A stretch of 64,000 nucleotides of DNA from positions 75,306 through 139,305 of the forward strand of contig CABZXY010000001.1 in the NCBI GenBank assembly GCA_902529795.1, in the 5' to 3' direction. The notes under the pieces are model-generated. The model saw only the letters and a program-made list of their open reading frames with translations. It made no database searches and was not told the origin of the DNA. The DNA comes from an uncultured Alphaproteobacteria bacterium. GTDB taxonomy: Bacteria > Pseudomonadota > Alphaproteobacteria > HIMB59. Below, in pieces: positions 8,550-19,653 of the stretch (position 1 is its first letter; every line of letters begins with the position of its first letter). A program made the translations under genes and the position numbers.

Positions 8550-9366
8550 AAAAAACATAGCCATTTCGCTGATTAAAGATCTTATTCAAGATGATAAATT
8601 TAAAAAAGAGATCATTGATTTAATATCATCAACATCGGATAGCTCTGGCGTGGCAAAACTTGAAGAGAAAAAGATTTTCAATAATCTTTTAAAAGTTCAC
8701 AAAAAAACTGTGGATGATGTCATGGTTCCTAGGGGTGAGATTATTTTTATTGATGAAAAAATAGATAAAGAAAATTTAATCAAAATTATTAATAAAGAGG
8801 CCCATTCTCGCATGCCGGTAGTAAAAGAAGAGCTTGAAAACTGTCTGGGAATGGTTCACATCAAGGATTTATTTAAGAAAATCAATAATAAATCATTCAA
8901 GATTAAGAGTCTTTTACGAGAGGTAATATTTATCCCTTCAGCGACCCCTGTCTTTAACCTTCTACAAAAAATGAAAAAACAAAACATTCATCTCGCGATT
9001 GTTATGGATGAATTCAATAGTGTTGCTGGTTTGGTGACCATTGAAGATCTTGTGGAGGAGATTGTTGGTGAAATTGAAGATGAGCATGACAAAGAAGAAG
9101 CTCCAATGTATGACCTAAAAAATAATAATCTGATTATGGATGCTGCAATGCTAGTTGATGATTTTGAAAGAGAGTTTGATATTTCAATTCCAGAGGATTT
9201 AAAAGAGGATGTCGGAACTATTGGAGGAATTATATTTAATTTAGCTGGTCGAATTCCAAAGAAAAAAGAAAAATTTGATATAAATAAAAAATTATCATTC
9301 ACCATTCATAAAGTTTCTTCTAGAAAAATTTTAGAAGTAATTGTTCATGGTGTGAAACCCCAATAG
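8539..9366 (+). CDS. corC: CBS-domain CorC/HlyC family protein
   Basis: VMVPR, HSRMPV, GLVTIEDLVEEIVGEIEDEHD; position between ybeY and lnt. Confidence 0.85.
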   Translation: MKIKKNIAISLIKDLIQDDKFKKEIIDLISSTSDSSGVAKLEEKKIFNNLLKVHKKTVDDVMVPRGEIIFIDEKIDKENLIKIINKEAHSRMPVVKEELENCLGMVHIKDLFKKINNKSFKIKSLLREVIFIPSATPVFNLLQKMKKQNIHLAIVMDEFNSVAGLVTIEDLVEEIVGEIEDEHDKEEAPMYDLKNNNLIMDAAMLVDDFEREFDISIPEDLKEDVGTIGGIIFNLAGRIPKKKEKFDINKKLSFTIHKVSSRKILEVIVHGVKPQ

Positions 9367-9367
9367 T

Positions 9368-10849
9368 TTGTCCTTATTTCTTTCTCGACAATTCTTAATT
9401 ATTGTCACCAGTGCTCTTCTAATTCTTTTATCACTTCCACCATTTGGATTATCTCTTTTTTATTGGATTGGAATAACGCTTTTTTTTTATATTTTACTAA
9501 TTGATCGAACTTATAAATTAAAACATATTTTTATTTTTTTTTATTTAATTCAATTCATTAGTTTGATTTGGATTATTCAATCCTTTTCCTCAGGGGGTTT
9601 GGGCTATTTAATTTTAGGAGTAATTTTAATTTCTTTTCTTGCAGGATTTATTGCATTTCTTCATTTGGGGTCTATTCAATTAATTTATTATTTTTTTCGA
9701 GGAAAAAATTTATTACCTTTTTTGTTGCCCTTAAGTCTAAGTATCACAGAACTATTAAAAGAATTTATCATTGGTGGGTTTCCATGGAATCCTTCTGCAA
9801 TCATTTATTTTAAAAATCTTTTTGTCTTAAAATCTTTACCTATTGTAGGCGTTTATGGTTTAGGCTTAATCATTCATTTAGTAATTGGTTTGATTTTATT
9901 TTTCCTAATTAATGGAAAACGCCTTAGTCTTTATTTAGTAAACATACTTGTAATTTTTTCTTTTCTTATCGGTTTTATCAAACAACAGCCTAGTTTTCAG
10001 GATGGTGAGGATGCAGTAAATTTTATAGTAATTCAGCCTAATATTTATGAGTCATTGGTTAATTATGATGTAATTGAAAATATTGAAAAATATGAACAAT
10101 TAACCCTAGAGGCGCTTCAAGGAAGACCCGATGTGGATGTTATTATTTGGCCTGAGGGCTCTCTACCGATTGATCTGAATAATCGACCAGGATTATTAAA
10201 ACGTCTAGGAAGCATTCTTGAAAATAATCAAAAATTAATTTTAGGCTCAAGTGCCATAGAAAATGATGTTCTGCTTTATAATCGCCTTTATGTATTGAAT
10301 GAGACGGGGGTTATTGAACAGTACTATGATAAACAAAAGTTAGTTTTATTTGGAGAATACGTACCTTGGGTCAAGCCTTTAGTTAGCCGGTTTTTAAATT
10401 TAGGAATGAATTATGTTCCCGGTAATAATCAATCTTTAATCAATTTACCTAATCAATTAAAGGCAACTCCCATGATTTGCTTTGAGTCAATATTTGAATA
10501 TCAATTAATTAATGAAAATATTTGCCAATCAGATTTGGTGATCCAAATATCTAACGACTCTTGGTTTGGAAAATGGTATGGTCCCCAACAACATTTAGCT
10601 AATTCTTTAATTCGTAGTGTTGAATTCCAAAAAACCCTTATTCGATCTACTCCTTCTGGAGTTTCAGCTGTCATTCAACCCAATGGAGTCATCAGCCATC
10701 GTATCGATAATGATCAGCGAGATTTCTTTTTTTATTCTTATAAACCTAGTAATCAAATTATAAATTGCTCATCAACAATATTTTATGTTATTAGCTTGTT
10801 ACTTTTAATTTTAATTTCTAGTTGGATATATGTTCGAGTCAAAAAATAA
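9368..10849 (+). CDS. lnt: Apolipoprotein N-acyltransferase
   Basis: GGFPW, IWPE, KQKLVLFGEY, ICFE, SNDSWFG; multiple TM segments. Confidence 0.92.
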   Translation: MSLFLSRQFLIIVTSALLILLSLPPFGLSLFYWIGITLFFYILLIDRTYKLKHIFIFFYLIQFISLIWIIQSFSSGGLGYLILGVILISFLAGFIAFLHLGSIQLIYYFFRGKNLLPFLLPLSLSITELLKEFIIGGFPWNPSAIIYFKNLFVLKSLPIVGVYGLGLIIHLVIGLILFFLINGKRLSLYLVNILVIFSFLIGFIKQQPSFQDGEDAVNFIVIQPNIYESLVNYDVIENIEKYEQLTLEALQGRPDVDVIIWPEGSLPIDLNNRPGLLKRLGSILENNQKLILGSSAIENDVLLYNRLYVLNETGVIEQYYDKQKLVLFGEYVPWVKPLVSRFLNLGMNYVPGNNQSLINLPNQLKATPMICFESIFEYQLINENICQSDLVIQISNDSWFGKWYGPQQHLANSLIRSVEFQKTLIRSTPSGVSAVIQPNGVISHRIDNDQRDFFFYSYKPSNQIINCSSTIFYVISLLLLILISSWIYVRVKK

Positions 10850-11474
10850 ATATTTTGGAAGAAAAAAAGGCAAATCTTTTGCTCGACTTGAACAATTTCA
10901 AAAATATTTAGTTCCTCCATCAAAAGATTTTTTTAAACAAATAGGAAAACCAAGAGTTTTAGAAATAGGTATTGGTGATGGTGAAAAAATAAGCTCAGAT
11001 GCAAAACTTTACTCTAATATTAATTATATTGGTTGTGATATTTTTGCTGATGGCGTTCTTCGTGCTATTCGTAACTCTAAGGAGAATTCTCTTAAAAACC
11101 TTGTTGTCTTTCATTTAAATATTCAAGACATACTACCTTTTATTCCTGCTAAATATTTTGATGGTATTCGAGTTTTTTTTCCTGATCCTTGGCCTAAAAC
11201 AAAACATAAGAGAAGAAGAACTTTTAATAACGAGCTAGTTCAAACATTGAGTTCTAAATTAAAGAAAAATGGATACATTCATTTTGCCACTGATCATGAT
11301 GATTATTTTTTAGATGCGCTGGTTTTATTACAGGATCAAGGCTACCGGATGGATAATATCAGTCCTAATTCTTGGAAATACAATGAATTCAATGCTTTAG
11401 ACACGAAATTTGAGAAAAAAGCCTTAGACAAAAATCATAAATTATTCTATTTTAGCGTTCTTAAAAATTATTAA
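10830..11474 (+). CDS. trmB: tRNA (guanine-N7)-methyltransferase
   Basis: LEIGIGDG, FFPDPWPKTKHKRRR, ATD, TKFE. Confidence 0.92.
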   Translation: MFESKNKYFGRKKGKSFARLEQFQKYLVPPSKDFFKQIGKPRVLEIGIGDGEKISSDAKLYSNINYIGCDIFADGVLRAIRNSKENSLKNLVVFHLNIQDILPFIPAKYFDGIRVFFPDPWPKTKHKRRRTFNNELVQTLSSKLKKNGYIHFATDHDDYFLDALVLLQDQGYRMDNISPNSWKYNEFNALDTKFEKKALDKNHKLFYFSVLKNY

Positions 11475-11486
11475 CCAACAAGAGAG

Positions 11487-11513
11487 AAGGTGGGTTATCC
11501 CGCCTTTTTTTTT
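11487..11513 (+). terminator. Intrinsic terminator/attenuator hairpin (rimP-leader-like) upstream of nusA
   Basis: AAGGTGGG-TTAT-CCCGCCTT followed by a T run ending at 11513, 15 nt before nusA. Confidence 0.75.
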
Positions 11514-11528
11514 AACTAGAAAAGATAA

Positions 11529-13031
11529 ATGCTAAATAACACAGAAATTTTAAAAGTCGCCGAAGTCGTCTCTCAAGAGAAGGGCATCGACATGGATATC
11601 GTTATGGAGGCTCTTGAAGAGTCTTTTGAAATTATTGGAAAATCAAAATATGGAATGGAAAATAACATTAAAGCATCCATTGATCGCTTTACGGGTAACA
11701 TTTCTATGTCCCATATTAAAGATGTTGTAGAAACCATCGATCCGGTTTTACAATCTAATCAAATACTTCTAGATCAAGCTAAGAAATATGATGCCAATAC
11801 AGAAGTTGGAAAGCAAGTAACGATACCTCTTCCTGCTGTTAACTTTGGTCGTGTGACTGCCAATATGGCTCGACAAGTTATTTATTCAAGAGTTCGTGAA
11901 GCGGAAAAGCGAAGACAATTTAATGATTTCAAAGATCGTGTTGGAGAAGTTTTATCTGGTATTGTTAAAAGAATTGAGTTTGGAAATATCATTGTTGATT
12001 TAGGAAAAGCTGAAGGTTTTTTACGTAAAGATGAATTAATTCCAAGAGAAAATTTTAAAACTGGAGATCGTATTCGAGCTTATTTCTTTGATATCAAAGA
12101 AGAAGCCAAAGGCCATCAGATATTTTTATCAAGAACTCACCCTCAATTTATGGCAAAACTTTTTGTTCAAGAGGTTCCAGAAATTTATGAAGGCCAAATT
12201 GAAATTTTATCTGTTGCTCGAGATCCAGGCAGTCGAGGAAAGATTACGGTTCGTGCAAACGATAAATCGATTGATCCTGTCGGCGCTTGTGTGGGAATGA
12301 GAGGTTCACGTGTTCAAGCTATTGTCAATGAACTTCAAGGAGAGAAGATTGATATTGTGAACTGGAATGAAGTTAAATCCATTTATGTTCAACATGCCAT
12401 TGCTCCAGCCCAGGTAGCAAAAGTAAATGAATTTGATGACTCTAATCGTGTAGAAGTAGTCTTACCAGAAGATCAATTAAGTATTGCGATTGGTCGTCGA
12501 GGTCAAAATGTCAAATTAGCCTCTATTTTAACAGGTTTGGAGATTGATATCCTGACAGAAAAAGAGGATGCAGAAAGACGCCAAGAGGAATTTAAAAAAA
12601 TCACTACTTTGTTCGCAGAGAAGCTGGATCTCGAAGATATGATCGCACAATTACTAGCAGTCGAGGGATACACAAGCATAGAAAAAATTGCAAATGCTTC
12701 TGTGACGGATATCGAGAAAATCGAGGGTTTTGATGGTGAGTTAGCAGCAGAGATCTATGATCGTGCATCTCAGCATATGGCTAATGAAAAAGCTGAATTA
12801 GAAAAACTAATTCAAGAGTCAAGCTTGGATGATTATGTGAAAGCTATCACTGAATTTGATCATAAGATGCTTGCAACTTTGATTGAGAATAAAATTCTTA
12901 CTAGACAAGATTTAGCAGATCTTGCAACTGATGAATTAGTAGGCAAAGAAGGTATTCTTCAAAAAAGAATTGAAAAATCTGTTGCTGAAAAAATTATTAT
13001 GGATGCCAGGGAGATTTATCTTAATAGCTAA
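11529..13031 (+). CDS. nusA: Transcription termination factor NusA
   Basis: S1/KH domains, EVPEIYEG, ARDPGSR, DPVGACVGMRGSRVQ, AIGRRGQNV. Confidence 0.97.
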   Translation: MLNNTEILKVAEVVSQEKGIDMDIVMEALEESFEIIGKSKYGMENNIKASIDRFTGNISMSHIKDVVETIDPVLQSNQILLDQAKKYDANTEVGKQVTIPLPAVNFGRVTANMARQVIYSRVREAEKRRQFNDFKDRVGEVLSGIVKRIEFGNIIVDLGKAEGFLRKDELIPRENFKTGDRIRAYFFDIKEEAKGHQIFLSRTHPQFMAKLFVQEVPEIYEGQIEILSVARDPGSRGKITVRANDKSIDPVGACVGMRGSRVQAIVNELQGEKIDIVNWNEVKSIYVQHAIAPAQVAKVNEFDDSNRVEVVLPEDQLSIAIGRRGQNVKLASILTGLEIDILTEKEDAERRQEEFKKITTLFAEKLDLEDMIAQLLAVEGYTSIEKIANASVTDIEKIEGFDGELAAEIYDRASQHMANEKAELEKLIQESSLDDYVKAITEFDHKMLATLIENKILTRQDLADLATDELVGKEGILQKRIEKSVAEKIIMDAREIYLNS

Positions 13032-13042
13032 GATTTATATCT

Positions 13043-15052
13043 ATGACCAAAGATAATAAGACCACAACACCTCCACCCAAAAAACCTGCAACAGGCGCCG
13101 TGGGCGGAGCTGCACCTCGTAAAAAACTAACACTCAACACGACTGCCTTTCAGAAAAAATTATCTTCTCTCTCTGTTAACAATATCTTAGATGATGAGCC
13201 AGATTATGAAAAGATGCCAAGTCTGGCAAAAACAAAAAGAAATCGAGAAAAACAAAATAAAAAATTTAAACCTAATTTAACAAGCTCTCAAAAGATTGTT
13301 CGGGAGGTTGATATCCCAGTTAAGATTTCTGTCCAAGAATTAGCTAGCCGCATGTCAGAAAAAACTGGTGATGTGGTTAAGGCATTAATGAAAAGTGGTG
13401 TGATGGCTACGGCTAATCAATATATTGATGGTGATACAGCAGAATTAATTGTTACTGAATTAGGTCACACTCCAAAAAGAGAAGAGGCTATTAGTTTAAA
13501 AGATGAAATTGCTAATCATCAAAAAACATCAAATTCCAATATTAAGGCTCGACCTCCGATTGTAACTGTAATGGGCCATGTCGATCATGGGAAAACCTCA
13601 CTTTTAGATGCATTAAGAAACACCAATGTCACTGCTCGAGAGTCGGGTGGAATTACTCAGCATATTGGCGCTTATCAAATTCAACACAATAAAAATCCCA
13701 TAACTTTTTTAGACACACCAGGTCATGCCGCATTTTCGAATATTCGTTCCCGTGGAGCTAACTTAACAGATGTGGTTGTATTAGTTGTTGCTGCTAATGA
13801 CAGTGTCAAGCCTCAAACGATTGAAGCTATTTCTCATGCAAAAGCAGCAGGCGTACCGATTGTGCTTGCAATTAATAAAATGGATTTACCTGATGTTGAT
13901 CCTAACATTGTCCGTAATGATTTATTGAGCCATGAAGTTGTTGTCGAAAGTTATAGCGGAGAAGTTTTAGAGACAGAAATCTCAGCTGTTAAAAAAACTA
14001 ATCTCGATAAGCTTTTAGATAATATTCTTCTTCAAATTGAAATCTTAGATCTAAATGTTGAACACAATAAATTAGCAGAAGCAATTGTCGTAGAATCAAA
14101 AATTGAAACAGGCAAAGGTTCAGTTGCTACGGTTATTGTTAAAAATGGTACTTTAAAAGAAGGAGATCATTTTACTTGTGGCTCTGCTTTTGGTCGTGTT
14201 CGCGCTCTTTTGGATGAGGCAGGAAAAAGATTGAAAACAGCACCCCCAGGTATGCCTGTAGAAGTTTTAGGTTTTGACTCAGTTCCTCAAGCGGGTGATG
14301 TCATGCATGTTATGCCCAACGAAGAAACAGCAAAAGATATTACCGAAAAAGTTAAAGAACAAAAAAAATTAGAAAATACAGCATCCGTAACTAAATCCTC
14401 ACTAGAGGAAATGATGGCTAATGTATCTAAAGGAGAAGTAAAAAAATTACCTATTATCGTTAAAGCAGATGTGCAGGGATCTTTAGAAGCGATTGTAGCT
14501 TCTCTTGAAAAAGTAGGAAATGATGAAGTTCAAATTAATGTTATTCATAATGCGATTGGAGCGATTAACGAAAGTGATGTGAGCTTAGCTAACTCTGCTC
14601 AAGGCGTTGTGATAGGTTTTAACATTCGTGCGATCCCTCAAGCTCGTACTATTGCAAAGAGAGACAAAGTAGATATTCGCTATTATTCAATTATTTATGA
14701 GTTAATTGATGATATGAAGAAAATGCTATCAGGTCTCTTAACTCCTGATACCAAAGAAGAAATTATCGGTCACGCAGAGGTTAGGGATACTTTCAGTTCA
14801 TCAAAATTTGGTACAATTGCTGGTTGTTTTGTTACTAACGGTTATGTCTCGAATTCTGCAAAAATAAGACTTGTTCGTGAAGGTAAGATTATTCATGAGG
14901 GAGAAGTTGGAACACTCAAGCGATTCAAAGATGATGTCAAAGAAGTTCGAGAAAACTACGAGTGTGGTATTTCCTTTAAAGATTACTCAGACATTTTAGT
15001 AAAAGATGAAATCGAGTTTTATTTAACTAAGGAAGTTCAAAAAGAATTATAG
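13043..15052 (+). CDS. infB: Translation initiation factor IF-2
   Basis: MGHVDHGKTSLLD, GGITQHIGAY, DTPGHAAF, KADVQGS. Confidence 0.97.
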   Translation: MTKDNKTTTPPPKKPATGAVGGAAPRKKLTLNTTAFQKKLSSLSVNNILDDEPDYEKMPSLAKTKRNREKQNKKFKPNLTSSQKIVREVDIPVKISVQELASRMSEKTGDVVKALMKSGVMATANQYIDGDTAELIVTELGHTPKREEAISLKDEIANHQKTSNSNIKARPPIVTVMGHVDHGKTSLLDALRNTNVTARESGGITQHIGAYQIQHNKNPITFLDTPGHAAFSNIRSRGANLTDVVVLVVAANDSVKPQTIEAISHAKAAGVPIVLAINKMDLPDVDPNIVRNDLLSHEVVVESYSGEVLETEISAVKKTNLDKLLDNILLQIEILDLNVEHNKLAEAIVVESKIETGKGSVATVIVKNGTLKEGDHFTCGSAFGRVRALLDEAGKRLKTAPPGMPVEVLGFDSVPQAGDVMHVMPNEETAKDITEKVKEQKKLENTASVTKSSLEEMMANVSKGEVKKLPIIVKADVQGSLEAIVASLEKVGNDEVQINVIHNAIGAINESDVSLANSAQGVVIGFNIRAIPQARTIAKRDKVDIRYYSIIYELIDDMKKMLSGLLTPDTKEEIIGHAEVRDTFSSSKFGTIAGCFVTNGYVSNSAKIRLVREGKIIHEGEVGTLKRFKDDVKEVRENYECGISFKDYSDILVKDEIEFYLTKEVQKEL

Positions 15053-15053
15053 T

Positions 15054-15398
15054 GTGGACAACAAGCCAAGTTTTCGTACCAAAAAAATTGAACTCTCAAT
15101 CAAAAGATTAGTATCCGAATATCTCGTTACCCACCGAGACTATCTTAGCAAATTTCCCAACTTACGCTTTGAAATTACAAGCGTGAAAGTGAGCAAAGAT
15201 CTTCGCTTTGCAAAGATTTTTTTAATTCATAATATTACTGAAGAAGAGTTTGCTCAATTTAATAAACTTTACTTACATGATATTCAAAGTTTAATCGCTA
15301 ATACCTTAACGAGTAAATACACCCCTAAGGTTACTCTTATTTTTGATCAAACGTTTCAAGACTCTTTAAAAGTACAATCACTTATCGATTCACTTTAA
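15054..15398 (+). CDS. rbfA: Ribosome-binding factor A
   Basis: ITSVKVSKDLRFAKIF, KYTPKVTLIFD; between infB and truB. Confidence 0.85.
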   Translation: MDNKPSFRTKKIELSIKRLVSEYLVTHRDYLSKFPNLRFEITSVKVSKDLRFAKIFLIHNITEEEFAQFNKLYLHDIQSLIANTLTSKYTPKVTLIFDQTFQDSLKVQSLIDSL

Positions 15399-15403
15399 AG
15401 ACA

Positions 15404-16099
15404 ATGAAACAAAAGTTCACCTCTAATGGATGGCTAGTAGTCAACAAACCAGAAGGTGTCGAGTCTTTTGGTGTTATTCGAAAATTAAAATTTCGTTACC
15501 AATTTCATAAAATAGGTTTTGCAGGAACATTAGATCCTTTAGCATCAGGTATTTTATTAATTGGAATTAATAAAGCGACCAAACTGATACCGAAAATACA
15601 TCTTTCCAATAAAAGTTATGAAGTCCAAATACGCTTCGGCGCAACAACCCCAACTCTCGACTCAGAAGGTCGATATACCTCTTTGGAGCCAGTCTGTCAT
15701 GATTTTCAAGATCGTATACATTACATAAAAAAATTTATAGGAATTTACCAGCAAAAAATTCCTAATTTTTCTGCTCATAAAAAAGAAGGTAAAAACTTTT
15801 ATGAATTAGCGAGAAATAATGAAGACATAAAGGATCGATATAAACAAGTATCATTAAGTTCTTTGAAAGTCTTATACTCCAATCCTTCAACTTTGGGAAT
15901 TGAGCTAGAGTGCCAAACAGGTTTTTATGTTAGGGCATTTGCGTCCGAGTTAGCATCTACTATGGGAGATAAAGGCTATGCGTCTCAAATAAAAAGGCTG
16001 AAAATAGGAGAGTTTTCAATGGATCGTTCCGTGGATTATGAAAATATCCTTGATTTTTCAAGTATAAATGATTTAAGTACCAACTTGATTACCATTTGA
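15404..16099 (+). CDS. truB: tRNA pseudouridine(55) synthase (short form)
   Basis: NKPEG, GFAGTLDPLASG, TPTLDSEG, GFYVR. Confidence 0.88.
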   Translation: MKQKFTSNGWLVVNKPEGVESFGVIRKLKFRYQFHKIGFAGTLDPLASGILLIGINKATKLIPKIHLSNKSYEVQIRFGATTPTLDSEGRYTSLEPVCHDFQDRIHYIKKFIGIYQQKIPNFSAHKKEGKNFYELARNNEDIKDRYKQVSLSSLKVLYSNPSTLGIELECQTGFYVRAFASELASTMGDKGYASQIKRLKIGEFSMDRSVDYENILDFSSINDLSTNLITI

Positions 16100-16147
16100 T
16101 CTGGGCGACATCCTGGACAAATGATGTTTACTTTGAAAGGAGTATTG
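16100..16147 (+). promoter_or_regulatory. Alphaproteobacterial S15 (rpsO) leader element
   Basis: TCTGGGCGACATCCTGGA resembles the CUGGRCGACAUCCYGG core seen upstream of alphaproteobacterial rpsO; followed by SD AAAGGAG. Confidence 0.6.
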
Positions 16148-16402
16148 ATGTCGGACATACAAATTAACGATATAGCACGTGCTGAAAATGATACCGGTTC
16201 TCCGGAATCACAAATTTTTTTTCTCACTCAGAAAATTAATCTGTTAACAGAACATATCAAAGTTCATAAGAAGGATTTTCATTCTCGAAGAGGTCTGCTC
16301 ATGATGGTTGGTAAAAGAAATAGATTGATGGCGTATTTAAAGAAGAAGAATGTTGGAAAGTACACAGAAGTAGCAGACAAATTAAAATTAAGAAAAAAGT
16401 AA
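16148..16402 (+). CDS. rpsO: 30S ribosomal protein S15
   Basis: [26 protein letters not shown]; ATG at 16148 follows AAAGGAG. Confidence 0.95.
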   Translation: MSDIQINDIARAENDTGSPESQIFFLTQKINLLTEHIKVHKKDFHSRRGLLMMVGKRNRLMAYLKKKNVGKYTEVADKLKLRKK

Positions 16403-16435
16403 AACTTTTCTTAGTTGTAGGTAGAAAAGAGGAAA

Positions 16436-18499
16436 ATGAAAATAGAACATACCTTTACGTTGGGTAACCAACAAATTACACTTGAAACTAATCGAATAGC
16501 CAAACAAGCTGATGCCTCAGTTGTTGTTTACTGTGGTGAGACCATGGTGATGGCTAACATTTGTGCCGCTAAGACACAAAAACCTGATATCGATTTTTTT
16601 CCACTAACAGTTAATTATCAGGAAAAATATTATGCATCTGGAAAAATTCCAGGTGGATTTTTTAAAAGAGAGGCTCGACCAACTGAACGTGAGACTTTAA
16701 TTAGTCGTTTAATTGATCGACCTATTCGACCTTTATTTCATAAAAATTTCAAAAATGAAACTCAAGTAACCCTCACTGTTCTTTCTTATGATGGAACGGT
16801 TGATCCTGATGTGATTGCAATGTACGCCGCTGGCGCTGCATTAGCTATTTCAGGCTTGCCAGTTGCAGGAACTCTTGGGGCCGCGCGTGTTGGATATATT
16901 GATGGCCAACTAGTCGCTAACCCAACCATACAAGAGATGGAGAATTCCGAGCTTGATCTTGTTCTAGCTGGAACAGAAGAAGGCGTTTTAATGGTAGAGT
17001 CAGAAGCACAAGAGCTTCCTGAAAGCACAATGTTGGATGCCGTAAATTTTGGTCATGAATTTTACCAAAACTTCATCAAAGAAGTTCATACATTTGCTGG
17101 AAAAACAGAGATAAAAACGTTTGAAGTCCCTAGTCTTCCTGATTTTTATGAGGGTCTTCAAAAAGATATCGCTGGTAAAATTACTGATCCTATTCGCGAA
17201 GCATATGGCCTTGTTGATAAACAAGAAAGAAGCCAAAAGCTGAATGAGATTAGATCTTCAATTATTGATAATGTAGAAGCTGATCAAGTTTTAGCTGCAA
17301 CGACCATTATTAAAGACATTGAAAAAGATGTTGTCCGTGGTGATATCATTAAAAATAAAAGTCGTATTGATGGTCGAAAGCTGGATGAAGTTAGACAAAT
17401 TACTTGTGAACTAGACATTCTACCTCGAGCTCATGGCTCTAGTTTATTTACTAGAGGTGAGACTCAGGCATTAGTGGTTACTACTTTAGGTACTGGTGAT
17501 GATGAGCAGATGATTGACTCACTAGATCCAATGCACAAACAACATTTTATGTTGCACTATAACTTCCCTCCTTATTCTGTTGGAGAAGTTGGTAGAGTGG
17601 GCGCTACTGGGAGAAGAGAAATTGGTCACGGTAAGCTTGCATGGCGTGCTGTTCACCCAATGTTACCGAAGAAAGAAGACTTCCCTTACACACTGCGTTT
17701 AGTATCAGAGATTACTGAATCAAATGGTTCAAGTTCTATGGCTACTGTGTGTGGCTCATCTCTTGCATTAATGGCAGCAGGCGTTCCAATCAAAAAACAC
17801 ATTGGTGGTATTGCAATGGGTCTGATAAAAGAAGGAGACGACTTTGTTGTATTAAGTGACATCTTAGGAGACGAAGATCATTTAGGTGACATGGACTTTA
17901 AAGTTGCTGGTACCATGGACGGTATCACTTCTCTTCAAATGGATATTAAAATTACTAGTATCACCAAAGAGATTATGGAAATTGCGCTTAACCAGGCATC
18001 TGGTGGAAGAAAGCACATTATTGGCATTATGTCTGAAGCTCTTCCAGAGGCGAGAACAAAATTCTCTAAGCATGCTCCTCAAGTCATCTCTATCACAATC
18101 GATAAAGCAAAAATTAAAGATGTGATTGGTTCTGGTGGTAAAGTCATCAAGAATATCGTTGAAGTGTCTGGTGCAAAACTAGAAGTCAATGACGATGGAA
18201 TTGTGAAAATCGCTTCGAGTAATGAAGAGTCCATTAACAAAGCTAAACAAATGGTGGAAGATATTGTAGCGGAGCCAGAAGTAGGGAAAGTCTACACTGG
18301 TAAAGTTGTCAAGATCGTCGAGTTTGGTGCTTTTGTTAACTTTATGGGCGCTCGCGATGGACTTTTACACGTCTCTCAAATCTCTCAAAAAAGAGTAGAG
18401 AATGTCTCTGATGTTTTATCAGAAGGTCAAGAAGTCCAAGTGAAGGTGCTTGATGTTGATCGTGCGGGCAAAGTAAAGCTCAGCATGAAAGAAGTCTAA
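16436..18499 (+). CDS. pnp: Polyribonucleotide nucleotidyltransferase
   Basis: [43 protein letters not shown] and S1 domains. Confidence 0.97.
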   Translation: MKIEHTFTLGNQQITLETNRIAKQADASVVVYCGETMVMANICAAKTQKPDIDFFPLTVNYQEKYYASGKIPGGFFKREARPTERETLISRLIDRPIRPLFHKNFKNETQVTLTVLSYDGTVDPDVIAMYAAGAALAISGLPVAGTLGAARVGYIDGQLVANPTIQEMENSELDLVLAGTEEGVLMVESEAQELPESTMLDAVNFGHEFYQNFIKEVHTFAGKTEIKTFEVPSLPDFYEGLQKDIAGKITDPIREAYGLVDKQERSQKLNEIRSSIIDNVEADQVLAATTIIKDIEKDVVRGDIIKNKSRIDGRKLDEVRQITCELDILPRAHGSSLFTRGETQALVVTTLGTGDDEQMIDSLDPMHKQHFMLHYNFPPYSVGEVGRVGATGRREIGHGKLAWRAVHPMLPKKEDFPYTLRLVSEITESNGSSSMATVCGSSLALMAAGVPIKKHIGGIAMGLIKEGDDFVVLSDILGDEDHLGDMDFKVAGTMDGITSLQMDIKITSITKEIMEIALNQASGGRKHIIGIMSEALPEARTKFSKHAPQVISITIDKAKIKDVIGSGGKVIKNIVEVSGAKLEVNDDGIVKIASSNEESINKAKQMVEDIVAEPEVGKVYTGKVVKIVEFGAFVNFMGARDGLLHVSQISQKRVENVSDVLSEGQEVQVKVLDVDRAGKVKLSMKEV

Positions 18500-18509
18500 A
18501 GAAAATTAT

Positions 18510-18543
18510 TAGTAGCGCAGACAATATATAGTTTGCGCTGCTA
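18510..18543. terminator. Hairpin between convergent pnp and mtnA
   Basis: TAGTAGCGCAGAC-AATATATA-GTTTGCGCTGCTA, 13-bp stem including G-U pairs. Confidence 0.6.
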
Positions 18544-18569
18544 TCAAATTACCAAAAAATTTTTTCTTT

Positions 18570-19652
18570 TCAGTTAGTTTTTAACATAGAGATAATTTCA
18601 TTTTTGTTTGCTTTACAAACCCCCTTTTCGGTTATCAAACCAGAAATATATTTGGATGGTGTTACATCAAAAGCTAGATTCAAAGATTTGCTTTCTTTAG
18701 GATAAATCAAAACGTTTATTAAATTACCAGCTTCATCTAATCCATTAATATGAGATAATTCATTGTTGTTACGTTCTTCTATGGGAATATCCTTATAATT
18801 ATCTATTTTCCAATCTATCGTAGAGCTAGGTAATGCTACATAAAAAGGAATTGAATTATCATATGCAGCTAAAGCTTTTAGGTAAGTTCCAATTTTATTA
18901 CATACATCTCCTGTATACAAAGTCCTGTCTGATCCTACTAAACACATATCTATAAAACCTTTTTGCATAAGGATGCCGCCTGTATTATCTGAAATGATTG
19001 TATTTGGTATTTTTTCGTTATTTAATTCAAAAGAAGTAAGGTTAGCGCCTTGATTTCTTGGTCGAGTTTCATCAACCCATACATGTATAGGGATGCCTGC
19101 TTGATGGGCATGATAAATTGGAGAAGTAGCGGTGCCCCAATCAATAGTAGCTAACCATCCTGCATTACAGTGTGTTAAGATATTAACAGTATCCTTTTTG
19201 GTCTTATATATCTCCTCAATAATTTTAAAACCATGCATCCCAATATTTTTACAAAAGCCAACATCCTCTTTAATAATTTCTTGAGCTTCTTGAATAGCTA
19301 CTTCAAATATATTAGATACTTCAACATTAATTAATTTATTAATCATTCTGTTAACTGCCCACTCTAAGTTAATAGCAGTTGGTCTAGACTTGATAAGATC
19401 ATTTCCCTTTTGCTTAATAAAATCCAAATCTTTTTTTTCTTTAGCAGCTAAAGCAACTCCAAAAGCGGCCGCACCACCTATTAATGGAGCCCCTCTTACT
19501 TCCATGGTAAATATTGCATTTACCATTTCATCAGCACTTTGAATATCTTTAATTATAAACTCATGAGGAAGTTTTGTTTGATCAATAATCTTTACTAATG
19601 AGCTATCTTTTTCAAACCAAATAGTTTGATAATGTTTATCTTTAATTTTCAA
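18570..19652 (-). CDS. mtnA: S-methyl-5-thioribose-1-phosphate isomerase
   Basis: IDQTKLPH, MEVRGAPLIG, SRPTAINL, THCNAGWLAT, DETRPRNQGA, NKIGTY. Confidence 0.95.
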   Translation of the reverse strand: MKIKDKHYQTIWFEKDSSLVKIIDQTKLPHEFIIKDIQSADEMVNAIFTMEVRGAPLIGGAAAFGVALAAKEKKDLDFIKQKGNDLIKSRPTAINLEWAVNRMINKLINVEVSNIFEVAIQEAQEIIKEDVGFCKNIGMHGFKIIEEIYKTKKDTVNILTHCNAGWLATIDWGTATSPIYHAHQAGIPIHVWVDETRPRNQGANLTSFELNNEKIPNTIISDNTGGILMQKGFIDMCLVGSDRTLYTGDVCNKIGTYLKALAAYDNSIPFYVALPSSTIDWKIDNYKDIPIEERNNNELSHINGLDEAGNLINVLIYPKESKSLNLAFDVTPSKYISGLITEKGVCKANKNEIISMLKTN

Positions 19653-19653
19653 A

